From the sequence record MF459647.1: a DNA stretch of 64,000 bases; one strand, given 5' to 3'. The notes beneath the pieces are model-generated. The model did not search any database. It was not told where the DNA came from and saw nothing but the letters and a program-made list of their open reading frames with translations. Position numbers and translations under genes: made by a program. Of the stretch, positions 63,216 to 64,000 are shown in pieces (positions within the stretch are counted from its first letter, which is position 1; each line of letters opens with the position of its first letter).

Positions 63216-64000
63216 AGAAAAGTTGGAATGCCTTTACCCCACAAGGTCGGGCTAAGACAAGACATGATCTAATGCTTGCTTATCCTGATGATGAGATTTG
63301 GGACTATCTGGAGTATTACCGATACAATCCTTACAATAAGGAAATGGTGAACTCTCACTTCATTGAAAGAACCATTCTTATCAGTAATAAAGGCAACATT
63401 AAACGAACGACAGGCGAAAAAGTTATTCCTTGGGTTACGACTCAAGGATACTTAATAGCTTGGGCCAGAGAACAGGAATTTAGATTCTTAGTTCATCGAG
63501 CGGTTTGTTTGATGTACAACGTCGTTCCGTTAAAAATATTTGAGATTGATTACGCTTGCCTTCAGGTAAACCATTTAGATGGCGACAAGAAAAATCCTGC
63601 CGCTCTTAATCTTGAATGGTCCACACCTAAACAGAACAACCAACACGCAGTTGAAACTGGGTTGAGGGCATATAAGACGGGAATTGATAATCATCGTTCG
63701 ATACCTGTTTTAGTAACTGTTAAAATCGAAGGCCAATATAAAGACTTTAAGTTTATCATTGCAGGTACATCCGAAAGCGATGAACTAAAGTTTAATAACA
63801 ATCATCTCAAATTCATCAATGTAAAAGACAAACTGGTCAAAGGCTGTTTATTTGAAATCGCCGATGATCTAGATATTGAACTTTACAGTAATCCGATTCC
63901 GGCTGAATTGATTCAACTCATCAGAAAGTACAAAGGTAGCAGTAAGGGTCTAATTATTGGAACCAACCTTAAAACTGGTGAGACTAAAACCTTTAATGGG
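63176..64000 (+). CDS. HNH homing endonuclease, 3'-truncated (absent from the ORF track)
   Basis: GAGGT RBS and ATG 63176, frame open to the window end. ILISNKGNI...QGY...LVHRAV...QVNHLDGDKKNPAALNLEWSTPKQNNQHA. AT-rich. Confidence 0.9.
   Translation, partial: MDYNIEDILPERVKKSWNAFTPQGRAKTRHDLMLAYPDDEIWDYLEYYRYNPYNKEMVNSHFIERTILISNKGNIKRTTGEKVIPWVTTQGYLIAWAREQEFRFLVHRAVCLMYNVVPLKIFEIDYACLQVNHLDGDKKNPAALNLEWSTPKQNNQHAVETGLRAYKTGIDNHRSIPVLVTVKIEGQYKDFKFIIAGTSESDELKFNNNHLKFINVKDKLVKGCLFEIADDLDIELYSNPIPAELIQLIRKYKGSSKGLIIGTNLKTGETKTFNG

Larger units (their letters stand above)
1..64000. other. Segment of a phiKZ/SPN3US-like (Chimalliviridae-like) jumbo phage genome
   Basis: Dense phage-like coding. 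Split RNAP beta-like subunit resembling phiKZ gp123. Order dnaB-MCP-RNAP-portal-baseplate, with spike next to sbcC as in phiKZ. Paralog arrays. No host housekeeping genes. Chimallin is not in this window, so a phage nucleus is only inferred. Confidence 0.9.

Noticed and set aside
1-64000. tRNA, rRNA, CRISPR arrays, integrase/transposase, inteins, alternative genetic code
   Set aside because: No cloverleafs or repeat-spacer arrays seen in the intergenic gaps. Core enzymes have normal lengths without splicing motifs. Genes read through intact with the standard code. tRNAscan/Infernal would be the decisive check.

Overview
This 64 kb window is a segment of a lytic jumbo myovirus genome of the phiKZ/SPN3US (Chimalliviridae-like) lineage, probably infecting an enterobacterium. 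The assignment rests on a phiKZ-gp123-like split non-virion RNA polymerase beta subunit, the dnaB / major capsid / RNAP / portal / baseplate gene order, and expanded head-protein and tail-fibre paralog families. The left 15 kb holds a tandem array of head (ejection-type) paralogs with G-x-E maturation motifs, followed by a conserved virion block. The middle holds DnaB, major capsid protein, nvRNAP beta, portal, baseplate genes, RuvC, a holin candidate, overlapping i/o-spanins, four paralogous fibre genes, the central spike and SbcC. The right 12 kb is an accessory/DNA-metabolism region: signal-peptide lytic transglycosylase, HAD nucleotidase, NAD-dependent ligase, RNase HI, SspB, DHFR, an Acb1-like 2H phosphodiesterase and a truncated HNH endonuclease. 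I saw no tRNA, rRNA, CRISPR array, integrase or transposase. The most interesting inferences: (i) a 26-bp motif at six intergenic sites, probably the virion-RNAP early promoter, three copies of which head cell-envelope-targeted genes; (ii) a phage SspB with an intact ClpX-docking tail, together with a C-terminal -AA degron-like end on the phage helicase; (iii) amphipathic W/F-rich helices that head maturation would unmask. All family assignments come from motif recognition and recalled gene order, not from database searches.
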